DNA of 58,585 nucleotides from an uncultured Clostridia bacterium (GTDB lineage Bacteria; Bacillota; Clostridia; Christensenellales; UBA1242): NCBI GenBank assembly GCA_944372445.1, contig CALVZE010000004.1, positions 1 to 58,585 of the forward strand, read 5' to 3'. Shown piece by piece: positions 57,601 to 58,585 of this stretch (position 1 is its first letter; each line of letters starts with the position of its first letter). The notes under the pieces were generated by a model. It saw only the letters and a program-made list of their open reading frames with translations, ran no database searches and was not told where the DNA came from. The position numbers and the translations under genes were made by a program.

Positions 57601-58585
57601 GTTATACACTGTTAACCGAAACTGACTTGATGAATGATACCAACACCTCAATTAGACTTGTTAAAAATATTTCAGGCTCTATAATTAGAAACACTTTCTA
57701 TATAAGAGATACGGGTTCGGAGTATAGTTTTAAATATAAAATTCAAGTGTATGACGCCTATGCCACCGAAATCGAAGGAGAGGAAAGAACCCCGATTAAA
57801 ACAATTTACTTTATGTTAAACGACCAAATCTCCACACCTAACACCACAACACAGACTACAGACCATCAATTTTATCTAACCACAAATGGTAGCAATGTTA
57901 CACAGGCGGTGCTTGGACTTGATGGAAACACAAAAGTAGATTTCTATTCAAGAGTGACGCTTATATATGGTGATACTTCTGACAACTTCTTACCTATCAA
58001 ATACTATATAAGCACAGATAATGTCAATTTTGAAGAGATATTAAGCGGAACAATCATCTCCTGTCCAGAAGACACTGACAGCATCACCTACTATCTTAAA
58101 GTGTGGTATGATTTAGACTATATCATGAAAAATGAATACTACAACCAGCTTTCAAATAGCGATTATATTTTTGAGATTGTGCCAACAAATCGCGTTTACT
58201 CCTTCACACTTTCCTCCACATTACAGTCCGCATTTTATGTAGAACTAACTGATGAAAATGGAGAAACTCGCATTGTTAATCGCTCAGGAAACACCTATAC
58301 CTCTCCTGATGGCTCATATCAAAATCCTAGTCACTATATCGTAAATATCAACTATATCGACCGAAATTCTAGATTAAGGATTGTCACAAACACCGAGCAA
58401 TATGTTTATGCAGAAGAACAAGAGCATTACACTGACGCAGACAATGTTAGAACATATATCTATCACATTTCAAACTTAGACTATATCGCAAACAATCCTA
58501 ATATCAGCGGGATACCTAAATTTGATACCTTTATAGCAATCACATTCATTGAACCGACAGACAGCATTGTGGAAGGCTTCTATTC
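51630..58585 (+). CDS. Giant secreted/surface protein (>2,318 aa, 3' end beyond window) with bacterial Ig-like repeats
   Basis: ATG 51630 after RBS GAGGTG. Signal peptide MKTLKSFMLTLASAFMLVCGLVLFLPQKETVTA. The frame is still open at the last base (DSIVEGFY). Ig-like boundary motifs: KIDTNPPSV, VYDEAGNHSVQIFIIDDTSP, LDREAP, ESDLAGNLTIY, FTDNYGNTY. Confidence 0.9.
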   Translation, partial: MKTLKSFMLTLASAFMLVCGLVLFLPQKETVTAETNLVESVENNVQDYVGIEASGDAVSQELIKDDIFLYNGDNTLSVYLKTNGDTVNPNGGQIYDYVYYPDEDNLSMFYFYRINGVNLSINGVEQSLEQEETYKFNPPSNLTFENLPDVIPENFNINFGNTSDTNTFKITDDSGNLIEGLYTLQVEIDLWQALDGRSDQQESVFDNKTDETLTYSFFVLKENSYIVNQRPVFTQNNFDSTTTISTTVNPNYGNYLYSNYSYAGNKIASLTYDQTKYDVAITKELNSTYQFATLSYIAENDNGETSGYTLDGDNIVRYQKNGSRTTIYFYDIGNYSVSFEAVATFSTASNVYNKYSLSALADITKDIMVYVYGYQATHIDYDNNRNFVEFKTFENSSGAFDGSYYHSADITADFLASEPSFGQNTSGSDTIGSETFVYTNVLNYLNQQDEENNYLITPETTNQALVRFNLNATALLSGNVRSYVYSTSALPGYQSLAGSKLQGQELYYTTYNGGSISDAGTYIFILAYTFDQFYTTNAQRDANTIFYQVFFFKIDTNPPSVNIKNESGKTIYSDTYTNESVTISNPNANNVHDKDVTVQVYAYDYVNNQYLSKYGGRYGVDMRSLNNNSDTLTLTENAHYTIRLYYTNEINDTDIDIVNNRIIKQFYFTIDKIDIENVSARNVSLISGSSRYNILRGVEGISTNQDIIVSWLDKASSAETFAYYRYFPIVSENFYQEGLNTSRILQEFLNGTMGMSYMPINYSIDLSSEGKWTRYAGNTNGQTSTTTSQYVLSETGMYVFDVYDEAGNHSVQIFIIDDTSPMFALQTGSEFSLIPSYHYISEASTLYWGDYKTIAINDANGAINFRNISDINHVTEANANYAIYKDYNGNTSLDIYKAFYNILYRNSYIQYINCSALSAPTNRAYLTFEIDDLIYETPIGSNNYQQATNKNSISLNDDREYTYRILIRDESNTRYDYASSTTSLIQYTNYYSARQNIIVSHDTSEFRLFYEETTNQGEENVYLSSNLMMVSEDGDTLTTYLNPINVNKLIYVSFIPTVAEETTVQIDSVKVDYYAYVDKEVEVNDVTYYYKELSDERTSTTELYNYSEGQSTETNIEELFINNKGVTNEGMYVITRTYNTDVTPTLNEQDYLTRKYVLYVDRNEVISSPVTKGEGNLSHSESLVGGEIFISMYDSGDNTSLVITFPNSPDGNLNSTTLYDSNENSILSTNKLPLRVYVPTYKYTMYAQKVPKQVPAFDDEGKPIMENGVQTTKPSETEYYYEVVYNSDNKNAYYNLNALESDLGTTDLITDEKGNVYIEEYLIFAEIYKNPTDGVNIPLYRTSKTFNDPNPANADSENGFLTFYDSNGNPLTALTEEGTYRVVVYQGYRSDSSFRQLATFTFNIENTSPNFEARTTQRGRALNSTTENGMTIYHTNQNNIQLIWSKPRDSYTAEIDTDNFKVSVNGGATETMNMTELFVNSGQSQNSYYGNLNLNRLGVSEHGNYIDITMQYKNHSDEYYDVITKRILLDREAPDTNIDGLVHKVIDNFYIEDFLTYEDFRVKENINGDIVTNSYETSYNTSSISGTFRYYSYAVEGSYLSTLKSTSKTESYNIYYREVKGKYGEEYNETTPETFLESNFDLISTLNSFTSDTYYEIVESDLAGNLTIYTIFVVDYNTVSDDYALIEYKQNQTTDYTFSKSDYVLTKQSSHNALLSVYAKPGLELTNFNYFGNVWINFRVDKYVNEVLVTNYYLASPWLAKGKVYQIVGTANNSLSLQEVDIDELIDGSKDTRFKDSITVYDSTRGTTESFYFNTRNSALSASMSNNSEREYISISQPSDSAIESTVTAQTYLTYIKIYTPAITGVATEEVYYEASNQLGYANGFLSNEFVTVTTSGSAITFELIVRNLTRDTRIIYEFTDNYGNTYSEIHLYQETTGYQEVDSNNILYAFYDKRDNNLTYLTEDGFAYTYNERKYKIEIYEAANNDELNSYTLLTETDLMNDTNTSIRLVKNISGSIIRNTFYIRDTGSEYSFKYKIQVYDAYATEIEGEERTPIKTIYFMLNDQISTPNTTTQTTDHQFYLTTNGSNVTQAVLGLDGNTKVDFYSRVTLIYGDTSDNFLPIKYYISTDNVNFEEILSGTIISCPEDTDSITYYLKVWYDLDYIMKNEYYNQLSNSDYIFEIVPTNRVYSFTLSSTLQSAFYVELTDENGETRIVNRSGNTYTSPDGSYQNPSHYIVNINYIDRNSRLRIVTNTEQYVYAEEQEHYTDADNVRTYIYHISNLDYIANNPNISGIPKFDTFIAITFIEPTDSIVEGFY

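Noticed and set aside
1-58585. Alternative genetic code (TGA readthrough) or a diversity-generating retroelement
   Set aside because: Long genes translate cleanly under code 11 and TGA terminates rubrerythrin. I saw no reverse transcriptase or template/variable repeat pair.

Overview
Low-GC chromosomal region of an endospore-forming Firmicute, probably an uncultured Clostridia lineage. The basis is spoIIID, a SpoIIQ-like M23 protein, YwmB, SpoVB, DUF421/DUF4363 and VanW next to core genes (pth, mfd, cysS, recD2, comF, hup, lepB, queH, prmC, prfA, acpP, cca). Two giant surface-protein ORFs that the ORF track missed run off both window edges. One is a >4,100-aa lipoprotein with GLUG-like repeats (minus strand, from 12358 to before 1). 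The other is a >2,300-aa secreted protein with Ig-like repeats (plus strand, from 51630 to beyond 58585). Non-routine signals: (1) a ~400-nt intergenic element (47493-47888) that can fold into a nested stem with a near-perfect four-way junction; (2) a family of TGTC-tagged REP-like repeats with variable internal hairpins, in three clusters; (3) a stand-alone VirB2/TrbC-like pilin; (4) an orphan KwaA-like membrane protein; (5) erosion of cell-wall precursor loci, with a degenerate, truncated GlmU and with murA-spoIID and prs absent from their usual positions. I found no tRNA, rRNA, CRISPR array, integrase or transposase. All family assignments are from motif recognition by eye, not from database searches.
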